From the NCBI GenBank assembly GCA_000091205.1, contig AP006492.2: a stretch of DNA of 64,000 bases; one strand, written 5' to 3'. Made by a program: the position numbers and the translations under genes. Below, piece after piece: positions 21,422 through 32,518 of the stretch (its first letter is position 1; each line of letters opens with the position of its first letter). The notes under the pieces were generated by a model that saw only the letters and a list, made by a program, of their open reading frames with translations, had not been told where the DNA came from and ran no database searches. The DNA is from Cyanidioschyzon merolae. Lineage: Eukaryota.

Positions 21422-22918
21422 GGAGTCTCGGGCACGAGTGCTGTGCAAAAGTAGTACTTTTTCAGTTCAGTGTTCCAGCGATAAGCTACTGCTCGATCGT
21501 TGCTGTCTCGTATGCGTCTTTCCGGTAGACTTGAACCTCGACCTGAGCGTCTGCCAAAACGTATACAGAGAATATATGTGGCCGCGCGTCGGCAGCGCTC
21601 GGTCGTGGCCGTCGAAAACAGCGACCCGGCGCTTTCGCGAGGGCGCAAACGTATCGATGCTGGTGCCAGTGAGGAGCCGCGCCAGTCACCGCAGCACCTG
21701 TGCTGCCGTGGACTTTGCATGGACTGATGCCGCCAGGACACTGGTGTCCGTCAACCTGCCACAGTACCTGTCATCGGGCGAGTGGTTTTTGGTGTTACGG
21801 ACGAGTGAGGCGCCTATTTTATCGTTCCGCTTCTGCAGCAGGTTCCGCGCCCCCCAGAGAACACGTGTCGTTTACCAGAGTCGAAGACTGTTGCTGCCGA
21901 TGACGGTGAATATCCAAGTATTGGACTTTTGCGAGGCTCCGCAACGTGGAGCTATCCCATGCAGGTTCCTCGTTGGAGGAGTATCCACGGAGACGGACCC
22001 GAATGCAGTGACGCACCGGCGGACTTGCACGATTCGACGCGTGCGCTCTTCAGCGAGGATGCCGGATGCATCGACGCAGTCGCTGGCGTTGCTCCGAGCC
22101 CATAGCACATCCGGGCGACAGGATCGAAATCGGGGCCGTGTTTGCCAGTAGCAGCTGGTAGCGTGGTCATCAAGGGGTTGCTCAGGGCGCCAACCTCAAC
22201 GATGGAACCTGGAACCCCGATTCTCGTGCGCCGTCATAGGTGCACTGCACGCGGCTCGGCACCAGAGCCGGCAAGAGCGTTTAGAAATGTCTCGCTGTCA
22301 TCAGCGGGTCCGCCGTGGAGATGCAGTTCGTGAACAAGTGGCATATCGATCACGAATCGATCGTCATACGAATCATATGATTTTCGTCCGCGATGCAGAA
22401 AAACGCATCCATAGACAGAAGATGAGGACGCCTGCTTTTCTGGAAATTGGGGTGTATGTGCGCGTCGTTGAGTTCGTATCAGGGACGACCTCAAGATCGT
22501 CGCTCCTTTGCACTCTGTGGGGCAGCCTCTCGGTCTTTGGACATAAAGGGATGATGACCGCACGCAACCGCCAACGTGCAGCCGCTGGTCGAGATCGCCC
22601 GGCCACTCAAGGACAACTGCACACTTGTTCATTCCAGGCATGTGCAGCTGATGTTTCTGGAGCATCGTTTATGAATCTGAACGGGTACTCCCGGCTGGGC
22701 AAACACTGCTGCTGCCCGAGCAAGACACCAGAGTCGGAGCACAGACGCTTGCACGTTCTCCCGGACCCAGACAAGTCTTCCTGTCGAGAATACAGATCCA
22801 GTCGTTCCAGGGACCGGAATGTGCCGTGCCTCCCATAGAGCCTGAATGCGAGACTGGATGCCGCACAGTCGCTGCTGCGGACCTTGGCGAAGATCGACCA
22901 GCTTTCCGCGAACAGGAC

Positions 22919-23330
22919 GTGCGTCGATCAGCTGATGCCCATGGTCGATCGAGGTGGCACGCATCCAGGGTCCAGCGATCAACACGGTAATCAGTATTGT
23001 CCATAAAAGTTCTGTTTGTGTGTGCGTCGATCAGCTGATGCCCATGGTCGATCGAGGTGGCACGCATCCAGGGTCCAGCGATCAACACGGTAATCAGTAT
23101 TGTCTATAAAAGTTCTGTTTGTGTGTGCGTCGATCAGCTGATGCCCATGGTCGATCGAGGTGGCACGCATCCAGGGTCCAGCGATCAGCACGGTAATCAG
23201 TATTGTCCATAAAAGTTCTGTTTGTGTGTGCGTCGATCAGCTGATGCCCATGGTCGATCGAGGTGGCACGCATCCAGGGTCCAGCGATCAACACGGTAAT
23301 CAGTATTGTCCATAAAAGTCCTACGTGTGT
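22919..23330. repeat. Tandem satellite, 103-bp unit x 4.0
   Basis: The unit gtgcgtcgatcagctgatgcccatggtcgatcgaggtggcacgcatccagggtccagcgatca(a/g)cacggtaatcagtattgtc(c/t)ataaaagttctgtttgtgt recurs at 22919, 23022, 23125 and 23228. Confidence 0.9.
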
Positions 23331-23537
23331 GCACCTCCATTCGAGCGAGCGCGCACAGCTCCACTCGAGCGCAGGTTCCACGCGGCGGATCGAGGCGCCC
23401 CGGAGCGCGCGCGTCCTGCGAGGAGCGCAAAGTACGTCCGCAGGTACCTGGCAGTAACCTCACACGGACGACATCTCTTATCGTTCAACCGGAGCTCGTA
23501 TCGCGCTGAGAAATATCAAACTTCGGTAACGACGAAA

Positions 23538-24011
23538 ATGCTCGGGTTTGTGACAGGCCTCATTCCCTTAACCAGAAATGACTCTGTCGTCGACAGCAGC
23601 TTGAAACGTTGCCGGGTTCGCACGAGTAAGGTTTCGCTGCGGATGCAGTTGAAGCGCCTCAGGTGGAGTGAGTTTGAGGATCGCGCAGCGTACGCGCCGT
23701 TGCCCAGGAACTGGGCAGGCGAGTTCGACTCCATAGGACCGCTGGATCCGCCGAAAAGTCAAGAGGAGAAACTGCCAGAGCAAATCTTCGGTCAGAAGTA
23801 TGAGAAGCCGCTCCCGCTGAATATCACTCCTGAGGAAGAAGCTGCTTTCAAAGCGTTTCAGAGCGCCGAACAGCGAGCACGGCAGGAAGCCGTCGCTCGT
23901 CTAGCCGAGAAGAAGCAGCTGGAAACCGCAGCGCCTGGCATAATGAGCAACTTTGATCCCGCTTGGGTTTACAAGACCCCAGTTCTCGAGTACTGGCGGA
24001 GTCGCAAGTGA
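23538..24011 (+). CDS. Hypothetical small protein (157 aa from the internal ATG), possibly organelle-targeted
   Basis: ORF MLGFVTGLIPLTRNDSVV...WVYKTPVLEYWRSRK. No family recognised by eye. Confidence 0.35.
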   Translation: MLGFVTGLIPLTRNDSVVDSSLKRCRVRTSKVSLRMQLKRLRWSEFEDRAAYAPLPRNWAGEFDSIGPLDPPKSQEEKLPEQIFGQKYEKPLPLNITPEEEAAFKAFQSAEQRARQEAVARLAEKKQLETAAPGIMSNFDPAWVYKTPVLEYWRSRK

Positions 24012-24288
24012 AGACGGGCAGAACTCTGTTTGTCGTTTGCTTCCGCGTTTACGCGCACTAAAGGCTATAGTTGCACGAAGAGACTTGTTAGCGTCAACAG
24101 GGTTTGGAACGGGAACGACTATCACATAAACCACTTCGTTTCGTTTCACGCTACACCCCTGTCTTGTTACAGTTCATCAGGTTCATTCAGCCAACACAAG
24201 CGCAGACGCTAAAGTTTTGGTTTCTCTACAGCATGATCACCACCAGACTCTAAGGGTTTTTTCTGCAATTGATCTCATTTTTCCTCGA

Positions 24289-25044
24289 TCACGCCCTCGG
24301 CTTTAAAGGCACCGCTCTCTCATGCCCATCCAGCTCGGTCACCAGCAGTCGAAGTAAGTTGATGGCAGCGTTCAAGTCCCGATTTCGCAGCTTCCTGTCA
24401 TTTTCTAAGATTTCCAAGCACAGGCGAAAGAATAGATCTACGCCCCTCTCACTTTTTGCATCCTGTTGGTATACAGCCTGAGTGCATGCTTCGCATCGGT
24501 GATACATGGGTGTTGTCGGGTGTTCCGAAATGTCCATCACACCTCCGAGTGCCAACATGTGGCGGGTGAGCGCCTGCTTCACTTCTCGGTACACCGTCTT
24601 GATTGGTATACAAGGCTCTCCTATATGTAGTCCTATGTTTCCGCGCCCGGCGCCCTGCCCGACGATCATGGACTTCTTCTGGGAGATGCCCTCGGTGCGT
24701 ATGCTGTCCGCTGTACGCGCAAGTACACGCTGTTCCATTCGATGACAGTTTGGTGAAACGCGATGTTGTCCACGATGACACAAATACCGGAAGCCAATTC
24801 TCGGCATGAGAAGAACGCGAGAAATGCCGATTCGTTTAGGCTCGCTTCGTGCTAAAAGGCGACGCACGCTGCACTGGAAGCGAGAGCTATGATGACTCAA
24901 GTCCAAGCCAATACGCCTTTCCGATCCAAACGCAAGACACGGAGGCCTCTGGTACCATATCCCGTGAGAGGTTTCAAGCTGCTGTCGAATGCCTTTTCGC
25001 CGATGACACAAAGCGAGAGGCACTTGTCTTTCCAACGGAATCAA
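24289..25044 (-). pseudogene. TnpB/Fanzor-like C-terminal fragment (relic B): RuvC-II region, degenerate zinc finger and RuvC-III motif
   Basis: ...SMIVGQGAGRGNIGLHIG...VMDISEHPTTPMYHRCEACTQAVYQQDAKSERGVDLFFRLCLEILENDRKLRNRDLNAAINLLRL. The C..C zinc finger followed by RNRDLNAAINL is the canonical TnpB/Cas12/Fanzor RuvC-III signature. It is homologous to relics A (34121..36380) and C (55062..55697). No N-terminal half is found upstream. Confidence 0.55.
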
Positions 25045-26090
25045 TCATTTGACGTAAAGTGGTCAGTTGGTGTTCAGCTCAAGCGCGTGCAAAACTCCTC
25101 GAAAGACGACGTCGATTATGATTACATGTCGCTAGTACAGAGACTCGAATTGCTGCGCCCATGTGTTGCCTTGAAACAGAATTTCAGAAACCTTGAAGAA
25201 TGTGTGACTTGAGCTTGCTTCACGTATGGAAACGGTAAGCGTTGAAGCCTGCACCTATGAATTGGATGATCATGTCGATTGCGTTTTCGGATTCTTCGAT
25301 CGACGATGTCGCGAATCATCATCTTGGTTCCGGTGACATGCCGAGTTCCAGCGGCAGAGAGATTCGAAGGAGCCCCTCCGACCTACAGACCGAGAACCCC
25401 AAAACTGCGTATGCAACCGCAAGCCCATACTCCTGCACTTCGAATGGTGATACTATAAATCTTAGAAAGGGTACGGAAAAATCTCGAGCTAGGAATAGAG
25501 CGAGCCGTTCAGTGCCCCAGTTTAACCGAACACGCTCATTGTGGGGCTTGTTCAATATAATGAGGCGCCCGACGTCTGACTGCTACGAAAACTATCCGCA
25601 ACGGGTCCCTGTGCACCAGGTTTGCCAATTAAGCTCGAGTTCTGCGGGCGCTGTGCAGCCTGATCGTAAGCCGGGAACCTTTCGCCACCAACGGGAACGC
25701 GGTTCGGTTACGTCCGCACCCGCTCGCCCTGCAAACCACCTGGCGTTCACCACCGCTCTCACAAAGCAACCTCCCAGCGCAGTTCTTTTGAACTTCAATG
25801 CACCACGTCCTCCTATCTGAAGAAGATTGACCAAGATCCCGACGAGACACTCGCCATCAAAGTGCCTTCGTTCCACAGGAGCGCATCGACGTTTCCGCTC
25901 AACGCCACCGTTCAACCAGTCTGGACAGCAGCACAGAGGCGCTGCGCGTTCATTCCGAACGCCTGCCCCTGAACGGCTCGGTACTGAAGCGCTGCACGTG
26001 CAACGCGGTTGCAGGACAGACTTGTTGTTGTTGTTAGCTGCGATACACCTTGTCCAAGTTCGGCTTTGTTATTATTGAAAGCACACGAAC

Positions 26091-29000
26091 ATGCAGGTGA
26101 GGCCGCTCCCTGATCTCGCTCGTGAGCTTCACGCTTCCCAAGTGCGGGTCGTGGTTCGCGCGCTGCAAGAGCTCTGGGTAGAGCACGGCGCTCTCGGTGA
26201 CTGTTCTGCAACCGCCGAAGATCTTGCTGCTATTCTAGTAGAAGAGATAGGTGCTCGCGATGTCGATTTTGATGTGGAAACGTTGGAATCAGAGAGCGCT
26301 GGTAGCGCGGACGTCGACTCGGACGAGCTGCTCGAGGGCCTTCGCGCGCTCCGCGAAGCCAAACGAAAGGTTGCACTAGCGAAACAAGGGGAAGAGCGTT
26401 CCTTAGAAAACGTTGATGCTGAGCATTTTTCAGAGCGAGCCGAAGAGCTCGTGGTATTCCTTCTAAACGAAGTCAGTCGCGAACGTCTTGGTCACTCGCT
26501 GGCAAAGAGGAGCGCTTTGGAGACCCAGCGTGCTGAGAGCGGAGTCCCAGCGGACGCGCACCAAACTCACCGGGCAGGCCATGCGTTCTTCAATCTTGTC
26601 CTAGCTCTCTACACCGCTGTGATGCTCAGAAGTGAGCGCTCAAAGACGAGGCATCTCGGCTGTCTGCTGCTCGCACGACTGCCAGTACGGGCAGCAATGA
26701 CCGCCCTGGCGCTTGACCGAGGCAAGGTCGTTGCGATTCTGCTTCGAGAACACAGCTTTCTGCGCAAGGCGGCAGCAAGAGCGTTGAGTACGCTCCTACT
26801 GCGGTTCGTGGATGTCGTGTCTGGCGCAAATGCGGCAAAGCCTAGTCAGTTCGAGGACGTCGACTCGATATGGCTGCGACGATTGCGCTATGATCAACAC
26901 TTCTTACGGACGCTTGCAACTGTGTTTCGCGGTCTCGTCATCGCGCTCGAAGACCCAGATGATGAGGTCTTCGCCGAATCCCTCCTCGGACTTGTGCGTT
27001 TGTGTCGAGGTCGACCAGAGGGAGCGGAAAGCGCGCGATCTCCCCTGGGGCTCCATTGTTTCGAGATTCTGGATGCGTCTGGTGCCGCGATTATTGCCCG
27101 CTTTTATCAAACATCGGACCCTGAGCTGAAAAGCACGATATTGAGAGAGCTCCCTGGTTTTATCGCACTGAGCCTTGACCGCCACAAGCAGGGCAGCAAT
27201 GCTGCCGGAAAGACAGCACCGCGCGCTGCACCACCACAGACCAAAAGGAAGGTCTCGTGTGCGGTCGATCCCGGAGCAGGCCCAGCGCCGGAGGCCGACG
27301 ATCTCTGGGCGCTATCTTTCGTGAGAGAGTTCTGCATGCCCATGTTGAAGCTGGAGCGGAACCTCGTGCGTCTTGAGGATGAGGCAGCTGCTGAGACAAA
27401 CGCGTCGCATGGCAGCGGATCCCAGCCCAAATCGCATCGCCACACGAAAGCTACGGAACGGAACGAGTCCGTCTGGCGGGCTGTAGTTGTATTTCTTCTG
27501 GAGTTGGCGTGCCTGACTCGCAACAGGGACGTCCAGGATTTGCTTGCCTCGGAACTTCCAGCATTGCAGGTAGCACTGTCTCAGCGGGAACTCTCCTCAG
27601 GTCTGTCTGCGTACCTTTTTCGCAGTCTGCTTTCGGCGTCGATGGAGCTCTTGCCTACCCCAGAGGGCCAGTACCGATTTCTGTTGAAGGAGCTGGAGCT
27701 GTGGCCAAGACGACCGCGTTCGTGTCAAACTCGAGCGAATTTGATGCTCCTGGTCTCCCTAACCATGGATTGCGCCTATCGCTTTCCCTCTGGGCGCGTT
27801 GAAAACGGAGCACCTTTTGGCGCTTCGGCCAGCGCCTTCACGGATGTACCCAGTATCTGCCGAGCGCTGTTCCCGCCACTTCGGAGGAACCTCCTGGACA
27901 GTCACCTTGTTCGTGAATCAGACTGGAATCGTCTCCGGGACACCCTGTTCTGCGCAATGACCGTGGTTTGCGCGAGACTACATACTTCGCTCTGCGGTAC
28001 GGGGCAACAGGCATTCGATACCAATCGGGCACATACGAACCCTTCAGGTCAACAGGTTGACCTGCTGTCAGAGGCTCGCTGCCATGAGCTCACCACAACT
28101 CTCCATTTCCTGAGCAATTTTCGCGAGATTGTTTTTCGTTACCACGGGCTGAGTGCTCAGTACGGTGATTTCATGGCAGCGCTGATATGTTTGGCTCTGC
28201 AGGCCGTCTTCTACCAGCGCGGCGTGCCGTTGGCGCTCCAGCAAGTCGCCATTGGCTTCATGACGGAGACGCTTCGTGACTGCGCAAGGCACGTGGCCTC
28301 GCCGACTGCTCTGAAAATCTTCTCTCGAGGCATATGCTGTGCTCTGCCCTTACTGCCACCATTCGAGGCAGAAAACGAGTTGTATGATATGCTGGTGATT
28401 TTCCTTGAGCAGGCAGTGGCTCGTGCCTCAGCGCTTCCGGTGCAACGTCGAGTCTGGAGATCGTCGACAGGCGTGCTCCGTTTTGAGACTTGTGCTCCCG
28501 TCCGAGCATGGCAAAGCGCCGAAACTGTCGAATTAAGCGGTTCCGCCCTGTCTCCCGATGAAAACAAGACAGGCGCGGGAGACCCACTGCTGCAGATGCT
28601 CCTTGATGCTGGTCAAAGCCCGCAGATGCTACTCAGAAAAGCCACAAGCGGCGCAACGGCACCGAATGCGAACCCTGGTGAGCGCAAAGTGCACGCCGCG
28701 CGGCACTCGATTCCGAGTTTACTGCTTGACTCGGACGAGGAAACAAATCTCGAGGAGAAGAACCCTGCAGACGAGAGGCAGGTACCGCTGCGTACGCTGA
28801 TATCCGAAGCAGCCCCAATGCTCTACGACACCCAAACCGGCACCGAATATGCGGAATTCGTACGGCGAACGAACCTCGAGCTCATCGGATCTATTTTCGA
28901 GATGCAGAAGCGCTTTCCGGGAGCGAACTCGCGGGCGCTACGAACGTATGTGCAGCTAGCTGTACTGCAGATTGAGCTCTTAGCAGAGAGTCCCAGTCGA

Positions 29001-30443
29001 GCCTACCGTGATGACGTTTTTCTTGATGTGGCCGCAGCAGCTGACAGCCAGTTGCGTTTCCTGCGCATTGGGGAATACGCTACCCCTGAATCCCGGGATG
29101 CACTCCTGCGGCGAGTCGCTACCAAGGATGACACTCAACTGCAAGCGTTCCTAATTGTGAATGGCGGTCAGGCACGTCCGCTTGTCGCAGCGCATATCAC
29201 GGATGCTGTGGTGGACGTAGTGCGCGCGCTGTTACTCCACGAGCACCTCTTGATGCAATGTGTTCCTGATGCCCTACGCAAGGCGACCGTCTCGGAAGTG
29301 AATGGGCTGGAACGGAGCTGGGTCACGCGCCAGCCGTCCGTCGCTGCGTTTATAGAACGTTTCCTGGCATTCGTTTGGCCGCGCGTATCGACTGGTCCAG
29401 CACCAGGGACACCTGCGCCAGCCGTACAACTCTGCGGTGACCATGGGCCGCTGCGCATTCAGGCGCACTATACTCTGGATCATCGAGCAGGTCTTGTGCG
29501 TTTGGTCCTTGATGTTGAGTATCAAGAGGATGCTTGCGGTTTTGCGGATATTCGCATCGGTTTCTGCGGAGACGGTGATTCGAGCGATTCCAGCGACACA
29601 GCATCCTCGGCAAGCGCTGACGCTGTGAAATCGCCAGCCGACGCTGGCTGGCTGCAGGTCCCCGAACAGTACCAGTATCGATTCTTCCTGCGGCAAAGTG
29701 CTACGTTGCAGGTGCCGCTTCCCTTGCGCCGTGGTGTCTACTACGTCGAACCGATTCGGGTTCGAGTCTGGTGGCGTCCGTGTGATAGCCTCGCGAACAT
29801 GTTCGTGACCGAGTCGTCGAATGGAACGGACGCTGCAGTGCCCGTTGTTGGTGTCGATGATTATCAAACTCGAGCTGCTGCCGCTGTGGCAGTTTGGCAA
29901 TGCAGGACAGCGATGCCGATGGCGCTCGGTGAAGTACCTGTAACGCCGTCGCGCTTACTCCTGTTTTCTCCATTGGACACGGGTACGGGTGCGTCGTCCC
30001 TTGAGTTTTGCTACGGACTCTGGGATCGCTGTCCGGCTGGGCGGGCTGCGGCCATGGCGCCCGCCGAAACCTCTCTGCCAGCAGTGTCGCGCTCCTATCT
30101 ATGGGTCCATTACCTGCTCAGATTTCTGGAGACCACCTTCAGTTTCAGAACCATGGCGAAAGCTCCAGACTCTGAGCCACAATACGCGGTCTTGTACGCT
30201 CGTTCTCGAGTGCACGGGTACAGCGTTCTGATGCGCCTGGAGGCACCGCTGGACACAGCCTTGCAAGGCACAGGGTCACCGCGCGATTTAGAGCCCGGGA
30301 TGCGACCGTGGATACTGATGCATCTGCGCTCTGAGGATGCGCTCTTTCTCGACGTATTCTATGGTCATTTGGTGAATGCGCTACGGCACTGGGAGCTACC
30401 TCTCGACGTCCGGGAACACGACGAGCGCTCCATCATGAGCTGA
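26091..30443 (+). CDS. Large hypothetical protein, 1450 aa, single uninterrupted ORF, mostly Leu/Ala/Arg-rich, alpha-helical-looking
   Basis: A 4.35 kb ORF with non-repetitive composition. No domain recognised by eye. Confidence 0.5.
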   Translation: MQVRPLPDLARELHASQVRVVVRALQELWVEHGALGDCSATAEDLAAILVEEIGARDVDFDVETLESESAGSADVDSDELLEGLRALREAKRKVALAKQGEERSLENVDAEHFSERAEELVVFLLNEVSRERLGHSLAKRSALETQRAESGVPADAHQTHRAGHAFFNLVLALYTAVMLRSERSKTRHLGCLLLARLPVRAAMTALALDRGKVVAILLREHSFLRKAAARALSTLLLRFVDVVSGANAAKPSQFEDVDSIWLRRLRYDQHFLRTLATVFRGLVIALEDPDDEVFAESLLGLVRLCRGRPEGAESARSPLGLHCFEILDASGAAIIARFYQTSDPELKSTILRELPGFIALSLDRHKQGSNAAGKTAPRAAPPQTKRKVSCAVDPGAGPAPEADDLWALSFVREFCMPMLKLERNLVRLEDEAAAETNASHGSGSQPKSHRHTKATERNESVWRAVVVFLLELACLTRNRDVQDLLASELPALQVALSQRELSSGLSAYLFRSLLSASMELLPTPEGQYRFLLKELELWPRRPRSCQTRANLMLLVSLTMDCAYRFPSGRVENGAPFGASASAFTDVPSICRALFPPLRRNLLDSHLVRESDWNRLRDTLFCAMTVVCARLHTSLCGTGQQAFDTNRAHTNPSGQQVDLLSEARCHELTTTLHFLSNFREIVFRYHGLSAQYGDFMAALICLALQAVFYQRGVPLALQQVAIGFMTETLRDCARHVASPTALKIFSRGICCALPLLPPFEAENELYDMLVIFLEQAVARASALPVQRRVWRSSTGVLRFETCAPVRAWQSAETVELSGSALSPDENKTGAGDPLLQMLLDAGQSPQMLLRKATSGATAPNANPGERKVHAARHSIPSLLLDSDEETNLEEKNPADERQVPLRTLISEAAPMLYDTQTGTEYAEFVRRTNLELIGSIFEMQKRFPGANSRALRTYVQLAVLQIELLAESPSRAYRDDVFLDVAAAADSQLRFLRIGEYATPESRDALLRRVATKDDTQLQAFLIVNGGQARPLVAAHITDAVVDVVRALLLHEHLLMQCVPDALRKATVSEVNGLERSWVTRQPSVAAFIERFLAFVWPRVSTGPAPGTPAPAVQLCGDHGPLRIQAHYTLDHRAGLVRLVLDVEYQEDACGFADIRIGFCGDGDSSDSSDTASSASADAVKSPADAGWLQVPEQYQYRFFLRQSATLQVPLPLRRGVYYVEPIRVRVWWRPCDSLANMFVTESSNGTDAAVPVVGVDDYQTRAAAAVAVWQCRTAMPMALGEVPVTPSRLLLFSPLDTGTGASSLEFCYGLWDRCPAGRAAAMAPAETSLPAVSRSYLWVHYLLRFLETTFSFRTMAKAPDSEPQYAVLYARSRVHGYSVLMRLEAPLDTALQGTGSPRDLEPGMRPWILMHLRSEDALFLDVFYGHLVNALRHWELPLDVREHDERSIMS

Positions 30444-30965
30444 CGCCCCGGCAACGAGTGCCCGACTTGTGATTGCACCGCTCGCGATGCTTTGTGCTTC
30501 ATGGTAAGCAGAAAGGACGCACTTGCGCCCCGGCAGTCATGATACTGCGCAGTGCAGTGCAGTGCAGTCGATATGCGCATGGCGTTTGTTGCGTAGCTGC
30601 CTGCGGCACTGGAGCGCGGTGCATACGCCTGCGTGTCGTCGTTGGGCAGCACGCAGCGGTTATGTAAATCTGGACTTTATTGGACACGATGTGCATGGTA
30701 CACGATTTTCATGGTGTGTCTAGTTTAAAACCAAAATATACAGCTCTTTGCCGCGCGTCGCCACCCGATCCGACGGGCGGCGACGCACATCATCTTCCGC
30801 CCTGAAGAAATAGCCGACTCTGGCAGCTGCGTTCTTGGTACGCAACTCCTGCACGGCGGATACGCTTGGTGTTGACGTGGAGCTATCGCCGGGGGGCGCT
30901 CGAGTGCACCTTAGAAGCAGCGACTGCGTGCGGCGTGTGCGCGCTTTGCAGCATTTTGCAGCGCC

Positions 30966-31547
30966 ATGGGCAAATCATACCGGAACTTTTCTAAAGTCTA
31001 TAAGATCCCGCGACGGCCGTTCGAGAAAGAACGCCTTGACGCGGAGCTCAAGCTCTGTGGTGAGTACGGCCTCCGCAATAAGCGCGAAGTATGGCGGGTT
31101 CAGTACGCGCTTTCGAAGATCCGGGCAGCCGCCCGGGAGCTTTTGACAAAAGATGAAAAAGATGAGCGACGCATCGTCGAGGGCGCTGCCCTGCTCCGTC
31201 GCTTGACGCGGTACGGTTTATTGGACCAGACGCAACAGGATCTCAACTACGTTTTATCGCTCAAAGTTCAAGACTTTTTAGAACGTCGACTACAGACGCA
31301 GGTGTTCAAGTTAGGGCTGGCAAAGTCTATTCACCACGCACGCGTTTTGATTCTGCAGCGGCATATCCGCGTTGGCAAACAGCTAGTGACAGTTCCTAGT
31401 TTCATGGTGCGCGTTGACTCCCAGAAACATATCGACTTTGCGCCAACGTCACCGTTCGGAGGTGGTCGTCCAGGTCGCGTCAAGCGTCGCCGTTTGCGGC
31501 GAGAGTCCAGTGGCGATGCTGGCGACGCCGCCGACGACGACGAGTAA
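30966..31547 (+). CDS. RPS9: 40S ribosomal protein S9 (uS4), 193 aa
   Basis: [61 protein letters not shown]...GRPGRVKRR is the conserved eukaryotic S9 sequence. Confidence 0.93.
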   Translation: MGKSYRNFSKVYKIPRRPFEKERLDAELKLCGEYGLRNKREVWRVQYALSKIRAAARELLTKDEKDERRIVEGAALLRRLTRYGLLDQTQQDLNYVLSLKVQDFLERRLQTQVFKLGLAKSIHHARVLILQRHIRVGKQLVTVPSFMVRVDSQKHIDFAPTSPFGGGRPGRVKRRRLRRESSGDAGDAADDDE

Positions 31548-31577
31548 CACGACACGTTCAGCACTGGATGCGGTTCC

Positions 31578-31620
31578 GTGTGTGAGTGTGAGTGTAAGTG
31601 TGTGTGTGTGCGGGCGGGCG
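31578..31620. repeat. GT-rich microsatellite (GTGTGAGTGTGAGTGTAAGTGTGTGTGTGTGCGGGCGGGCG)
   Basis: Direct reading in the RPS9 3' flank. Confidence 0.8.
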
Positions 31621-32518
31621 TAAGCTTCGGATTCCATGATGTTCCGCGCGTCCTCCGTTGTTGCATGTGGCTGTGTACGTGTTTTGAAGGGCGTAAACTG
31701 CGGATTCCACGATGTTCCGCGCGTCTTCATCTCTTGACGGTTGACGATGCAGTCCCTGCTGCACCTGGTCGATGCGGTCGATCGAGGTTGCTCGCCTCCG
31801 GGTCCGATGTCCAGGAGAAGCTCCAGGGTTGCGTTCCCCACGCGCAGTTGTCGATAGCGCTCGGGGACACCAGCGCACCCGACTGGCAACATGGGGCCGT
31901 TTCTGGAACGTCTCTGCATCTGCATGCCACAAACAGATGGGCGAACCCAACCTCCAGACCTTTGACGTCGCGCTGAGCGCTCATCGAGGCGAGCGGCGAA
32001 CTCTCGAATGCGTTGATGGAAGGAAAACGCCAGTGCATCTATGTACAAACCCGGTAGCATTCTGCAAGGGCGTTTACCGGAGATGGGGTTTCCGGTGCAC
32101 CAGTGTCGCGCGTGCTGCCTCCCCGATGTTTGCGATCACGGGCGTGCTGCTGTATGGACCCGGTCGGTACGCAAGCACGATCCACAGCAGCTGGGCGATC
32201 AAGCCGCTTGCGGAACAGCGTCAGCACAGCGCGTATCTGCGCTTATTTCAGGGACTGCTCAAGAGTCTGGTCGACCGATGACGGTTTATCTTTTGCTTCC
32301 AAACTAGAGCAGATGCAACACAGAATGAAGGCACCTTCCCCTGTAATCGTCAACGGCTCTCACTGAAAACCCATGCAACCGAAACGTCCAATCATGCGGA
32401 TTTCGTAAAGTGTCAGCGTCTTGCACGATCTATGCATGATTCTGGGTCCCATGTGATCGACAGACGCTGTTGAGAGCAGGCTTGCGTCGCGTGTCCCCGT
32501 TGTAACGGAACGCCGGTG

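Noticed and set aside
22919-23330. Regularly spaced 103-bp direct repeats considered as a possible CRISPR array
   Set aside because: Eukaryotic nuclear context, the units are contiguous with no unique spacers, and no cas genes are present. It is a tandem satellite.
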